A stretch of 64,000 bases of DNA from Planctomycetota bacterium (GTDB taxonomy: Bacteria > Planctomycetota > UBA8108 > SXIK01): the NCBI GenBank assembly GCA_965223265.1, contig OZ244999.1, forward strand, positions 736,001-800,000, in the 5' to 3' direction. Both the position numbers and the translations under genes were made by a program. Under the pieces are notes generated by a model. It worked only from the letters and a program-made list of their open reading frames with translations. It searched no databases and was not told the origin of the DNA. This document shows, one piece after another, positions 39,580 to 48,552 of the stretch (positions are counted from its first letter, which is position 1; every line of letters starts with the position of its first letter).

Positions 39580-40749
39580 GTGGGATTCAGTCAAACGAAA
39601 GAACACCGCAGAGGAAAGCACTCGTACCATCAGATCGGGCTCGTGCGCGGACAGTTCGGTGCCGTACCCGAAGACGAATGGCTCGCCTATATCAGCGAGC
39701 TTGGTTATGACGGGTGGGAGGAAGCTAGTTGGGAGCTCGGCCTTTCTCGCTGCGCGGATGACGCCGGTGCCGAGGCTTACGCCAAGGAGCGCGTCGCCAA
39801 AGCCAAGGCGCGCGGGTTGGAGATTTTTACGGTGGCGACGCATCTTCAAGGCCAAGCTCTCGGCGACGAGCCGAGCGCGAAAACGCTGCAGTTCGTCGGC
39901 GGCGAGGCTGTGGAGGCTTACAAGTCGTGGCGCCAAGCTGGGAACGAGCCACCCCGCACCGATCCTCTCTACGTTCCCGATGAGGTCGGTCGTTTGGTTC
40001 ATGAGTCGGCACAGCGCGACCTGATCGCGAGCGTGCGGCTCGCCCACTTCCTTGGAAAACTTCAAGATCGCGTTGTCGTAGTGCCCGGCTTTGTTGGCTC
40101 TTCTGCCCACTGTTGGGCTAGCTGGTTTCAGTTTCCGCCGCCGCCAGGATCGATCGGCGGGTTTGACATACCGGACGTACGTCAGGTGAGCCTAGAGCTT
40201 CTCCTCGAGCGCTTTGGCCCGGTCTTTGAAGCATGCAAGCGCTACGGCACGAAGTTCGGCCTGGAGTGTCACCCGACCGAACGCGCTATGGGCGACCTTG
40301 AGTCGGCTGGTGATTTCCTGCGCGCCGTGCAAGGCGCCGGGTTTGACGGCGTGGTCGGATTCAACTTCGATGCCTCCCACATGGAATGGCAAAACGTCTC
40401 CGGCGTTGAGTTCATTCGCGAGTATGGCGACCACATCTACTCGGCCCACATCAAAGGGGTCCAAGTCATCAAGGATCACTGCCGCGGCGGTCTCCTCGGA
40501 GGGCACCGCGACATGGGAACGAAGCTCAACGGCTGGAACTTCGTCACGGCCGGCTCGGCACGTGATGCCGTCTCCGTCGAGGAGATCGTGATCGAGCTGA
40601 ATCGCTCCGGTTACGACGGCGCGATCAACATTGAATGGGAAGACAACGACGTCGATCAACTCGACGGAGCGCGGATCGCCCTCGGGAATGTCCACAGAGG
40701 GGACGCTGCCCCGAGTCTGACGCGACACGATGAGACCCTCAAAGCCTAG
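39580..40749 (+). CDS. Sugar phosphate isomerase/epimerase (xylose isomerase-like TIM barrel)
   Basis: GYDGWE, FGLECHP, NFDASH, HIK and NIEWED; GTG start with AAGGAG SD. Confidence 0.85.
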   Translation: MGFSQTKEHRRGKHSYHQIGLVRGQFGAVPEDEWLAYISELGYDGWEEASWELGLSRCADDAGAEAYAKERVAKAKARGLEIFTVATHLQGQALGDEPSAKTLQFVGGEAVEAYKSWRQAGNEPPRTDPLYVPDEVGRLVHESAQRDLIASVRLAHFLGKLQDRVVVVPGFVGSSAHCWASWFQFPPPPGSIGGFDIPDVRQVSLELLLERFGPVFEACKRYGTKFGLECHPTERAMGDLESAGDFLRAVQGAGFDGVVGFNFDASHMEWQNVSGVEFIREYGDHIYSAHIKGVQVIKDHCRGGLLGGHRDMGTKLNGWNFVTAGSARDAVSVEEIVIELNRSGYDGAINIEWEDNDVDQLDGARIALGNVHRGDAAPSLTRHDETLKA

Positions 40750-40758
40750 CGGTGCGAA

Positions 40759-41097
40759 ATGCGGTATTTGGTCCAGGTTCTGTTGATCGCCTACGGTCTC
40801 GCTCTGATCATCGGCGGCGTCATGGGATACGCGAAAGGGGGAAGCCTGCCGTCGGTCGTCGCTGGCTCCATTTCAGGGGTCCTTGTGATCCTCTGTTTTG
40901 GAGTGGCGTTCAAGCGGCCCCGACTGGCGTTCTGCCTCGGTGCGCTGATCTCGATCGCTGTCGCCGGCCTCATGTTTTGGCGCTATTTCGAAACCAAAAA
41001 GATGATGCCCAGCGGTGGCGTGGCGATCTTGAGCACGCTGATGGCTGTTCTGCTGATCGTCGCAGCCTTGCCGCGCCGTCGGCCCGCGAAGCGATGA
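40759..41097 (+). CDS. TMEM14 family membrane protein
   Basis: YG....GGVMGY...GS..S..AG and RYFETKKMMPSG. Confidence 0.85.
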   Translation: MRYLVQVLLIAYGLALIIGGVMGYAKGGSLPSVVAGSISGVLVILCFGVAFKRPRLAFCLGALISIAVAGLMFWRYFETKKMMPSGGVAILSTLMAVLLIVAALPRRRPAKR

Positions 41098-41129
41098 TGC
41101 GGTTTGCGGGCCGCGACGCGTCGACTCAG

Positions 41130-41179
41130 CAGCCTGTTGAAAAAGTGCTTCGAGCCAAAGTGGTTGACTCAACAGGCTG
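41130..41179. mobile_element. MITE family A, internally deleted 50-bp copy
   Basis: CAGCCTGTTGAAAAAGTGCTTCGAGCC...TCAACAGGCTG, followed by TTAG. Confidence 0.75.
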
Positions 41180-41452
41180 TTAGCGCAAGCGGAGAACTCC
41201 GCGCTTTTCTGACTCGTCTTTGGGAGTGCGTGCGCTGTGGCGGTGAATGTGCGGCCGAGTGCTGCGATCGATCACGCGAGGCAGAAGCTCTCGGTACGCG
41301 GGTTCACCGGCGCCTGGATTGAACGTCGCCCAACGAGCTTCGCCGTTCCGCCCGGCGTCAGACGTCGGATGGGTCTGCGAGAACATGACGAAGATCCCTG
41401 CGGCGCAAAACAGAACGAACAGAATGGAGACAAATTGGGGTCGTCCGTTCAT
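41180..41452 (-). CDS. Small hypothetical membrane or secreted protein
   Basis: Strong SD (AAAGGAGGT) before ATG; N-terminal hydrophobic helix. Confidence 0.6.
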   Translation of the reverse strand: MNGRPQFVSILFVLFCAAGIFVMFSQTHPTSDAGRNGEARWATFNPGAGEPAYRELLPRVIDRSTRPHIHRHSARTPKDESEKRGVLRLR

Positions 41453-41667
41453 GAGTCACCTCCTTTCGGCGGTTCGAGCGAGCTCTCCGCCTATTCCTGT
41501 ATCGACCGCTGGCGCCGCAAGCTGAATAAGAACCGTGCGTAAGGACCGCGTTTGTCGGCCGACAGACATTACTGGCGGCTCTTGGCCGCGTTTTCGGCCA
41601 TTGAGCGCGCCAGCACCGCGAGACGCGACACATCGCACACTCAATGGTTTTCAAAGGTGATGAAGGT

Positions 41668-42645
41668 ATGAAGGCGGTCACGTTCCGAGAATTCGGCGAG
41701 GTGGAGCAGCTGGAGGTCACCGACGTGCCCGCGCCCACGCCCGCGCGCGGTGAGGTTCTCGTTCGCAACTTCGCCACCGCGCTGAATCGTGCCGACTTGC
41801 TCCAGCGTCGTGGCCTCTATCCGCCGCCGCCTGGCGAATCCGAAATCCTCGGGCTCGAGTTCGCCGGCGAGATCGCCGCCCTTGGGGATGGCGTCAGTGG
41901 TTACGTAGTCGGCGACCGTGTTTTTGGGCTAGCGGCTGGTGGAGGGTACGCGGAGTTCATCGCGGTGCCCGCTTCCATGGCAGTGCCGATTCCGGAGAAT
42001 CTTTCCTACGATGCGGCAGCAGCGATCCCGGAGGCATTCTACACGGCTCACGAAGCGCTGCGTGTGATTGGGCGGCTGACGCACGACGAAACGGTTCTCG
42101 TTCACGCCGGCGCTAGCGGCGTCGGAAGCGCCGCAATTCAGCTCGTGCGACTGTTCGGTTCTCGAGCCATCGCGACGGCCGGGGGAGCAGCAAAGGCCGA
42201 GTTTTGCCGCGGGCTTGGAGCCGATCCTGCGATCGATTATACGCAGGACGATTTCGTCGCGGTCGTTGAACGCACCACCGCTACAGCCGGCGTCGACGTT
42301 GTGCTCGATCTGGTCGGCGCGAAGTATTTCGAGGGCAATCTTCGCTGCCTGGCGCCGCGTGGACGCTTGCTCGTGCTCGGTCTCGTCGGCGGCTCGAAGG
42401 TCGCACTTGATCTCAGCGTGATTCTGCGGCGCCGACTCCAGATCATGGGAATGGTGCTTCGGAGCCGCAGTCGCGACGAGAAGGTGGAGGTGACGAACCG
42501 ATTCGTCAATGAGTTGTTGCCACACTTCGAGTCGGCAGCCTTGCGGCCGCTGATCGACAGTGTCTATCCGATCGAGGAGGTTCGTGAGGCGCACCGGAGG
42601 ATGGAGGCGAATCAGAATCTCGGCAAGATCGTGCTGCGGCTATAG
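41668..42645 (+). CDS. NAD(P)H-quinone oxidoreductase, PIG3 family
   Basis: NRADLLQRRGLYPPPPG, GLEFAG, HAGASGVGSAAIQ and GKIVL. Confidence 0.92.
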   Translation: MKAVTFREFGEVEQLEVTDVPAPTPARGEVLVRNFATALNRADLLQRRGLYPPPPGESEILGLEFAGEIAALGDGVSGYVVGDRVFGLAAGGGYAEFIAVPASMAVPIPENLSYDAAAAIPEAFYTAHEALRVIGRLTHDETVLVHAGASGVGSAAIQLVRLFGSRAIATAGGAAKAEFCRGLGADPAIDYTQDDFVAVVERTTATAGVDVVLDLVGAKYFEGNLRCLAPRGRLLVLGLVGGSKVALDLSVILRRRLQIMGMVLRSRSRDEKVEVTNRFVNELLPHFESAALRPLIDSVYPIEEVREAHRRMEANQNLGKIVLRL

Positions 42646-42654
42646 TCCAGATCG

Positions 42655-42775
42655 GACGCAGAGGAGGATACAGTGGCAGCGGCGGATACAGATACGGATA
42701 CGGAATCAGAGACAGATACGGATACGGCAGAAGCAGAGTACTCCCACTCCCACGCCCACGCAATCGTGGAGCTCG
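42655..42775 (+). repeat. Bipartite hexamer array
   Basis: gataca gatacg gatacg gaatca gagaca gatacg gatacg ..., then cccact cccacg cccacg caatcg. Confidence 0.85.
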
Positions 42776-42813
42776 GATTCAGAGACCAGAAGCCGGCGAC
42801 ACCCTGAGTCCGC

Positions 42814-43198
42814 CCCGACAGTTGCGTAAGTTTTCGCAGGAAGGGCTCAGAAACCCTTTCCCTGAGGTTCGATCGGCAGTTGAGGGACGTCGTGGCGGAC
42901 CTCACGTTTGGTGAGGTTGACGGTGTGCCGTGTTCCCCCTCGCCCACGCACACCCACACGCAAACGTACACGCAAACTCTCACTCAATCGCAATCCCGCA
43001 CGGTCTTAACAGCCTGTTGAAAAAGTGCTTCGAGCCGAAAACTGGTCTCTTTGCGTCCAGATCGGCCGCGGCAAACGCAGGCAATCTTCGGGATTTTCGA
43101 GTATTGACGCGGTCGAGCTGGGCGTGAAGAGGCCAGTTTCTTCGGCCGAATGACTTTTTCAACGGGCTGTTAAGGCGCGTCTCTTTTGCAACGTTGGG
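42814..43198. mobile_element. MITE family B, copy 2 (TSD GTCCGC), carrying a nested MITE A
   Basis: Homologous to 7236-7442; GTCCGC at 42808-42813 and 43199-43204. Confidence 0.8.
43010..43169. mobile_element. MITE family A (TSD TTAA), nested in MITE B
   Basis: TTAA at 43006-43009 and 43170-43173; the empty site with a single TTAA is at 7414-7417. Confidence 0.92.
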
Positions 43199-43232
43199 GT
43201 CCGCCTCTGACTCCTGACTCCGATTCGCCGCC

Positions 43233-44123
43233 CTACTCCGACGTGGCGTCGGCAGCGTCAGGTTGCCCTGCCGGCTCTGAGTTGCTCGCGGTGCAGCGAT
43301 CCACGAAAGACCGCCAGCGCTTCTTGTACTCGTCGATGTCGACTTTGACCAAAAGGTCGTTGTGACCTGCGCCTTCAACGTCGAACAGCTCGCTTCTGTT
43401 CGTCACCTGTCGGTGCAGTTGCTCGCTCATCCGAAATGGCACGATGCGATCGTCACGTCCGTGGACGAGGAGAATCGGGCACTTGACGTCGTCGATCTTG
43501 GCCAGGTTGTCGTACCGATCCTTCATGAGCCAATCGACGGGCAGGAAGAAATACGTCGCTTGGGCAACGTCGACGCACGAGGTGAACGGCGATTGCAGGA
43601 TGACGCCGAGAGGGGTTTGCCGGGTCGCGAGTTCAACGGCGACGCCGCTGCCGAGCGATTCACCTACAAGGATGGGCGGCGGTGCGCCGCGCTCGCGCAG
43701 CCAGGCCAATACCGCCTCCCCGTCGCGGTAGAGACCTGCTTCGGTGGGGGAACCCTCACTGCCGCCGTAGCCTCGATAGTCGAAGATGCAAATCGACGCA
43801 TCGGTGGCATCACGCAGCAGATAGAGCCAACCGTCTCGATGGCCGCGGTGGCCGGCATTGCCGTGAAAGACGACGAGTGTCGCGGGTTTCGATCCTGGCC
43901 AGAACCAACCTTTGATGCGCACACCGTCGGTCGTCGTCGCGGTGAACTCCTCAGCGCCTCGCAGTGACGCCGGCAGCGGTGGATCTGAGGTCGCTGGGAT
44001 GTACTGCATGCGCCTCTGCGCCAAATACACGATGGCGACGAGTGCGGCGTAGGCGACGAGCAGCGTCCGCACCGGCCGCCACAGTAGCGCCTTCCAGTTT
44101 CTCTTATTTAAGGGCGTTGTCAT
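43233..44123 (-). CDS. Alpha/beta hydrolase (ABHD13/17-like)
   Basis: FHGNAG, DYRGYGGSEG, GESLG, HGRDD and GAGHND. Confidence 0.92.
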   Translation of the reverse strand: MTTPLNKRNWKALLWRPVRTLLVAYAALVAIVYLAQRRMQYIPATSDPPLPASLRGAEEFTATTTDGVRIKGWFWPGSKPATLVVFHGNAGHRGHRDGWLYLLRDATDASICIFDYRGYGGSEGSPTEAGLYRDGEAVLAWLRERGAPPPILVGESLGSGVAVELATRQTPLGVILQSPFTSCVDVAQATYFFLPVDWLMKDRYDNLAKIDDVKCPILLVHGRDDRIVPFRMSEQLHRQVTNRSELFDVEGAGHNDLLVKVDIDEYKKRWRSFVDRCTASNSEPAGQPDAADATSE

Positions 44124-44160
44124 TCGGGAGCCGCCTCGGCAGATAACGTCGGCCTGGAAT

Positions 44161-45300
44161 TCAGCGCAGTTCTATGACTTCTTGCTGCTCAAGTTTGGAG
44201 GAAAAGATACGGAGCGCTGCCGGCGCACCGCGCAGCGATACGGCGAACTTCTGACCATCCGGCGAGAGTGAATAGCCGTAGAGTGTGTCTTGGGATTCTA
44301 GGCGTAGTTCGCGGTGGTGGACGACGTCGCGCCCGTCGACGGCAATGCTCACTAAGCGCGGCGATTCTTCGCGGCTGCGCTTGGGCGCCAGAACTCCGAA
44401 CACGTGACCGTTCGCCGCCATTGGCTGTCCGCACAAAGCGCGTCCGTCGACGCACTTGAGCAGCCGCCCGTTGGCTCCATCGAGTTGTACGTAGTAGCCG
44501 GAAATCCCTCGACGCCAACTTGCGTCCCCGAAGCTGAGCGTCACTCCGACCCATTCGGGGCTGGAACCTTCAGCGCGGACGTGTGTACCGCCGGTGTCGT
44601 TGAACGTGATTTCAAGTGGCTTTTTCCCTAAGGCGGTGGCGATCTCACGGCGCAGGTCTGAGAACTTTCGGGACCACGTTTCCTCCAGAGTCGGCGAGAG
44701 CGAGGCAATTTCCGCGGCGCCAGATTCGTCGTCGACTCGGTAGATCAAGAGGCCGCCCGACGGTCCCGGCCCGACGACCTCAGCCAGTTCGATGGTCTTG
44801 AGAGCTTTTCCATCCGCGGCGGACGCGATCGTGATGGCTTCTTCGCCCGAAGCGTATGCCATGCGTCCGCCTGCGAGTCGCACCGGTGGGCGCCGCGTCA
44901 GACGAGTGGCGTTCGCACGTGGTAGTTTGAGAGGCGACCACTTCTCGTCGTGACGCAGCCACGTCGACTCGCTCTCGTCCACGGCGCTGCCGTCCTCCCA
45001 TTCGACTGTGAACGCGACGAACGACTTGCTGTCGATCCAGAGCGCGCCCAAGAATCGCTGAGCGGCGCGAGGCGGGGCAATTTGTCGGCGGGCGCTGCCG
45101 TCGACGGAAACCTGCCAAAGCTGGGAAGCGGGCTCGTCCAGCGGCTCCTTCGATGGACCCGTAAGAAGCAAAACGTGCTGAGCGTCCGGGGACCAAATCG
45201 GAGAGCGATGCGGGCAGCCAACGCTCGAGAGGACAAGTAGGAGGCATGTGCCCCATGGAGTGATCCGTTGCTTGACCGAAGCTGAGGTCGTTTTGGACAT
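44161..45300 (-). CDS. Hypothetical lipoprotein, beta-propeller (TolB/WD40-like)
   Basis: Lipobox-like SVGC; WSPD and LSPDG motifs. Confidence 0.65.
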   Translation of the reverse strand: MSKTTSASVKQRITPWGTCLLLVLSSVGCPHRSPIWSPDAQHVLLLTGPSKEPLDEPASQLWQVSVDGSARRQIAPPRAAQRFLGALWIDSKSFVAFTVEWEDGSAVDESESTWLRHDEKWSPLKLPRANATRLTRRPPVRLAGGRMAYASGEEAITIASAADGKALKTIELAEVVGPGPSGGLLIYRVDDESGAAEIASLSPTLEETWSRKFSDLRREIATALGKKPLEITFNDTGGTHVRAEGSSPEWVGVTLSFGDASWRRGISGYYVQLDGANGRLLKCVDGRALCGQPMAANGHVFGVLAPKRSREESPRLVSIAVDGRDVVHHRELRLESQDTLYGYSLSPDGQKFAVSLRGAPAALRIFSSKLEQQEVIELR

Positions 45301-45524
45301 CGGAAGGCGGCGCGGCATGAGTTTTCTCGACGTCGAGGTTGGCGAATTGCGGGCGGACTGGTGTGTCGGAGCTTACGAAAGAACGACGAAGGGAACGGAC
45401 GATTCCTGGCAGAGTCTGTGTATTCTACCTTGCATCTCGCGCCAATTCCTACTGTACGAGCTGCGGCGGTTCGTCCCTTCTCTTGACCTGACGAAACCGG
45501 GAGAGCTGGAGCGCAGTCGTCTTG

Positions 45525-45700
45525 CCGCCTGTTGAAAGAGCCCTTCGAGCCGAAGGCTGATCTCGTCGCGTCCAGATCGACCGCGACCAACGCAGGTAAT
45601 CTCCAAGCCCTCGTCTATACGGTATTACGGCGAGCATTGACGAGGCGAGCGGGGCGTGAACAGGCTGGTTTCTCGGCCGAATGACTTTTTCAACGGGCGG
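45525..45700. mobile_element. MITE family A, degenerate long-centre copy
   Basis: CCGCCTGTTGAAAGAG...GACTTTTTCAACGGGCGG; centre resembles the reverse complement of the 37964 copy. Confidence 0.72.
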
Positions 45701-45776
45701 CCGGTGCAACGCTTCGGCTATCATGAGCGTCATTGGGAATGAGTTCACCGAATCAGCGCGGCCAATGGAGTTTGAC

Positions 45777-46844
45777 ATGAAGGGTAAGCATCGTCCGAAA
45801 TCGAGAATTGAAGTCTGCTCCGATTGTGAGTCCTTGTCACGCCGACGTTTCTTACACAACCTCGGTGGCACGTTCGTCGCGGGTACTGCTGGTGCCGCAC
45901 TTGGCGGGCTCGCGTTGCCCTCAATGCCATCGACGCGCGTGGCGCATGCGGAGAAGACCGCAAAGAACGCTGAGAGCTACGTCAAGCTTTTGTACGAGAG
46001 TCTTACCAACAAGCAGCGTAAGCTCATGCTCTTCCCTTTCGATCATGAGCTGAGGAAGAAAATTTCCAACAACTGGCATATCGTCGACGATAAGGTCGCG
46101 TCGGTTGGGAGACTCTACACGTTTGACCAAACCGAGATGATCCGCCAAATCCTCAAGGACATCTTCACCGAAGACGGGTTCGACAGGGTCAGCAAGCAGA
46201 TGGAGGATGACGCCGGCGGGCTCGACAACTACACGTGCGCGATCTTCGGTGCGCCCGGCGACGACAAGTTTGAGTGGGTCATGACGGGGCGTCACCTGAC
46301 GATTCGAGCCGACGGCAACTCCGTCGACAATGTGGCTCTCGGTGGCCCGATTTTTTACGGTCATGCCGTGAAATTCACGGAGCGTCCGGACCACCCTGGG
46401 AACGTGTGGTGGCATCAAGCGCGCGCCGCGAACAAAGTGTTCGAAGCACTGGATGGGAAGCAGCGGGAGAAGGCTCTCCTCAAGGAGTCACCTCCAGACG
46501 AGCCGGAGACAGTTGCGCTGGTCGGCTCGAAAGGAAAGATCCCCGGGCTCGCCGGCCACGAGATGTCGGCCGATCAGAAGGGGCTTCTCGAGGCGACGCT
46601 TCGCAGCATGCTCAACATGTTTCGCAAGAGCGACGTCGACGAGATCCTCGAGTGCTTGAAAAAGAACGGCGGTGTCGATCAGCTGCGCGTATCGTTCTAC
46701 CAACAGGGCGATCTGGGCTCCGACGGCATCTGGGACCGGTGGATTGTCGCTGGCCCGGCGTTTGTCTGGTACTTCCGCGGCTCACCTCACGTTCATGCGT
46801 GGCTTAACGTCGGACACCACGGTGCAGGCGATCAGCCTCTCTGA
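45777..46844 (+). CDS. DUF3500 domain-containing Tat-exported protein
   Basis: SRRRFL Tat motif; IFGAP, TGRHLT, GGPIFYG and FRGSPHVHAW; start codon uncertain. Confidence 0.78.
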   Translation: MKGKHRPKSRIEVCSDCESLSRRRFLHNLGGTFVAGTAGAALGGLALPSMPSTRVAHAEKTAKNAESYVKLLYESLTNKQRKLMLFPFDHELRKKISNNWHIVDDKVASVGRLYTFDQTEMIRQILKDIFTEDGFDRVSKQMEDDAGGLDNYTCAIFGAPGDDKFEWVMTGRHLTIRADGNSVDNVALGGPIFYGHAVKFTERPDHPGNVWWHQARAANKVFEALDGKQREKALLKESPPDEPETVALVGSKGKIPGLAGHEMSADQKGLLEATLRSMLNMFRKSDVDEILECLKKNGGVDQLRVSFYQQGDLGSDGIWDRWIVAGPAFVWYFRGSPHVHAWLNVGHHGAGDQPL

Positions 46845-46987
46845 CGGGCGACACCTGCCGTTGGATCCCCAACGCCTGCAGTTCATTTGAGGACGAACGT
46901 CGCCAGCTTCGGAATGTTCTCTGCCCGTTCCGGTTGTCGTTCTTGCAGGCGTCGGGGCCAAATTTTTGTTTGCAGACCGCGTGAAGT

Positions 46988-47518
46988 GTGCGGGGTACGC
47001 AACACCGTGGAGTGCTGGTTTTGAAGCGATTCCTATCTTTGGCGATCGTGTTGGCGCTTGCCGGCTTCGTCGTCTACCGCATGGGGCTCCGGTTCGTCTC
47101 TGACGAAACGAAAATCCGCTGGCGACTGGAGACGATGGCGACTGGTTTCAATGAAACGGATCGTTCGGACTGCCTCGGCGCTTTCGCGGACGACTTCGTG
47201 CACAAGTCGCCGGCGTTTGATCGAGAACGACTTGGAGCGTTCCTGGTCCATGTTTTTCTCACTGGAAAGCATCCAAAGACGAAGCAGTTTCGCTACCGTG
47301 TCGAGCTGCCCGAAGAAAAAACAGAGATCGTCGTCGATTCACAATCCTCCGAGACTGCGACCGTTGAGTGCGAGGCGGTGTTTTTTGAGCGCAGCAGCCA
47401 AGAGTGGCGGCAGGCATGGAATGTCGCGGTGACGGCGGCGCTGGAGAAACGTGACGGACGCTGGTATCTCGTGCGGTCGGAGCATAAGACAGTGAGCGGG
47501 CGTCGGCCGTTTCGCTGA
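46988..47518 (+). CDS. Hypothetical membrane-anchored NTF2-like protein
   Basis: TM segment followed by FADDF and LEKRDGRWYLV. Confidence 0.65.
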   Translation: MRGTQHRGVLVLKRFLSLAIVLALAGFVVYRMGLRFVSDETKIRWRLETMATGFNETDRSDCLGAFADDFVHKSPAFDRERLGAFLVHVFLTGKHPKTKQFRYRVELPEEKTEIVVDSQSSETATVECEAVFFERSSQEWRQAWNVAVTAALEKRDGRWYLVRSEHKTVSGRRPFR

Positions 47519-47900
47519 CGTCCGCCCCGCTAGCAGCGTCCGCAGTCGAGTCGCGAAGGCTTGCGAGTTAGCCATCGCTGAGCCCGGCGAACTCAGAGCG
47601 CCTGCCTGTTTGCGCTCGCAAGGTGACCGCGTCGGGGGTATGCTTCGAATGGCGGACGAGATCTCGGACTCTCGACTCGAGGTCGAGCCGCGTTTCAAGT
47701 CGTGATCTTGTTCGCTACAACACCTAGCCACCAGATTCCGCGCTGCACGAACTGAGTGAACGCAAGCGACAATGAGAGGGGTTGCCAACGTGCCGACGCG
47801 CAGTTGTCATTCTCCGACCGTCTCAGCGTGCCGACTGCACCTGCCAAACCTCGACCGTTCGTCCTGATCATGGCTGTAACTTTCCTGCGGTGATGCGCCC

Positions 47901-48473
47901 GTGAAATCCCTAAAAGGAAAACTCCTGATCGCCACGCCGGGGTTAGTCGATCCGAATTTCGCCCGGAGCGTTGTTCTGATTGCTGAGCACACGCCTGAAG
48001 GCGCGTTCGGGTTGGTGATCAATCGTCCGGCCCAACTCAAGGTGAACGAGCTGTGGGCATCGCTTTCGAATGAGCCTTGTCAATGCAAGGCCTGTACGTT
48101 CGTTGGCGGTCCGGTGCAGGAGAATCATGTTCATATTCTGCACGCGTTTTCGGAGCTCGCGGCTGGGAGCGGTGACGTCGTCGACGGCATCTATCTGGGC
48201 GCCGAGCTCGAGCTCCTCGAAGCGATCCTGCAGCGATCAGAATCGTCCCACACGAGTGAATCTGCGCCTTTTCGACTCTACTGCGGCTACGCCGGTTGGG
48301 GCGGTGGACAACTGGATCGTGAGATGGAGGCGGGTGGGTGGCTGACGTTGCCGGCAACCAAGGACTACGTGTTCGCGGCGACTCCGAATGACATGTGGCG
48401 CGACGCTCTGAGCGACGTCGGTGGGCCGTACAAGTTCTTCTCCCTCATGCCACCGAACCCGGAGCACAACTGA
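47901..48473 (+). CDS. YqgE/AlgH family protein
   Basis: LLIATP, DPNFARSVV, GLVINRP, GGPV and GYAGWGGGQL. Confidence 0.93.
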   Translation: MKSLKGKLLIATPGLVDPNFARSVVLIAEHTPEGAFGLVINRPAQLKVNELWASLSNEPCQCKACTFVGGPVQENHVHILHAFSELAAGSGDVVDGIYLGAELELLEAILQRSESSHTSESAPFRLYCGYAGWGGGQLDREMEAGGWLTLPATKDYVFAATPNDMWRDALSDVGGPYKFFSLMPPNPEHN

Positions 48474-48552
48474 TCTCCGTATAGGCAGCCGCTCGAGCGT
48501 GTGTCGACCAGACGCAAGCCTGCGTCATAGCGCGTCGCGTGGCCGTTACCAG

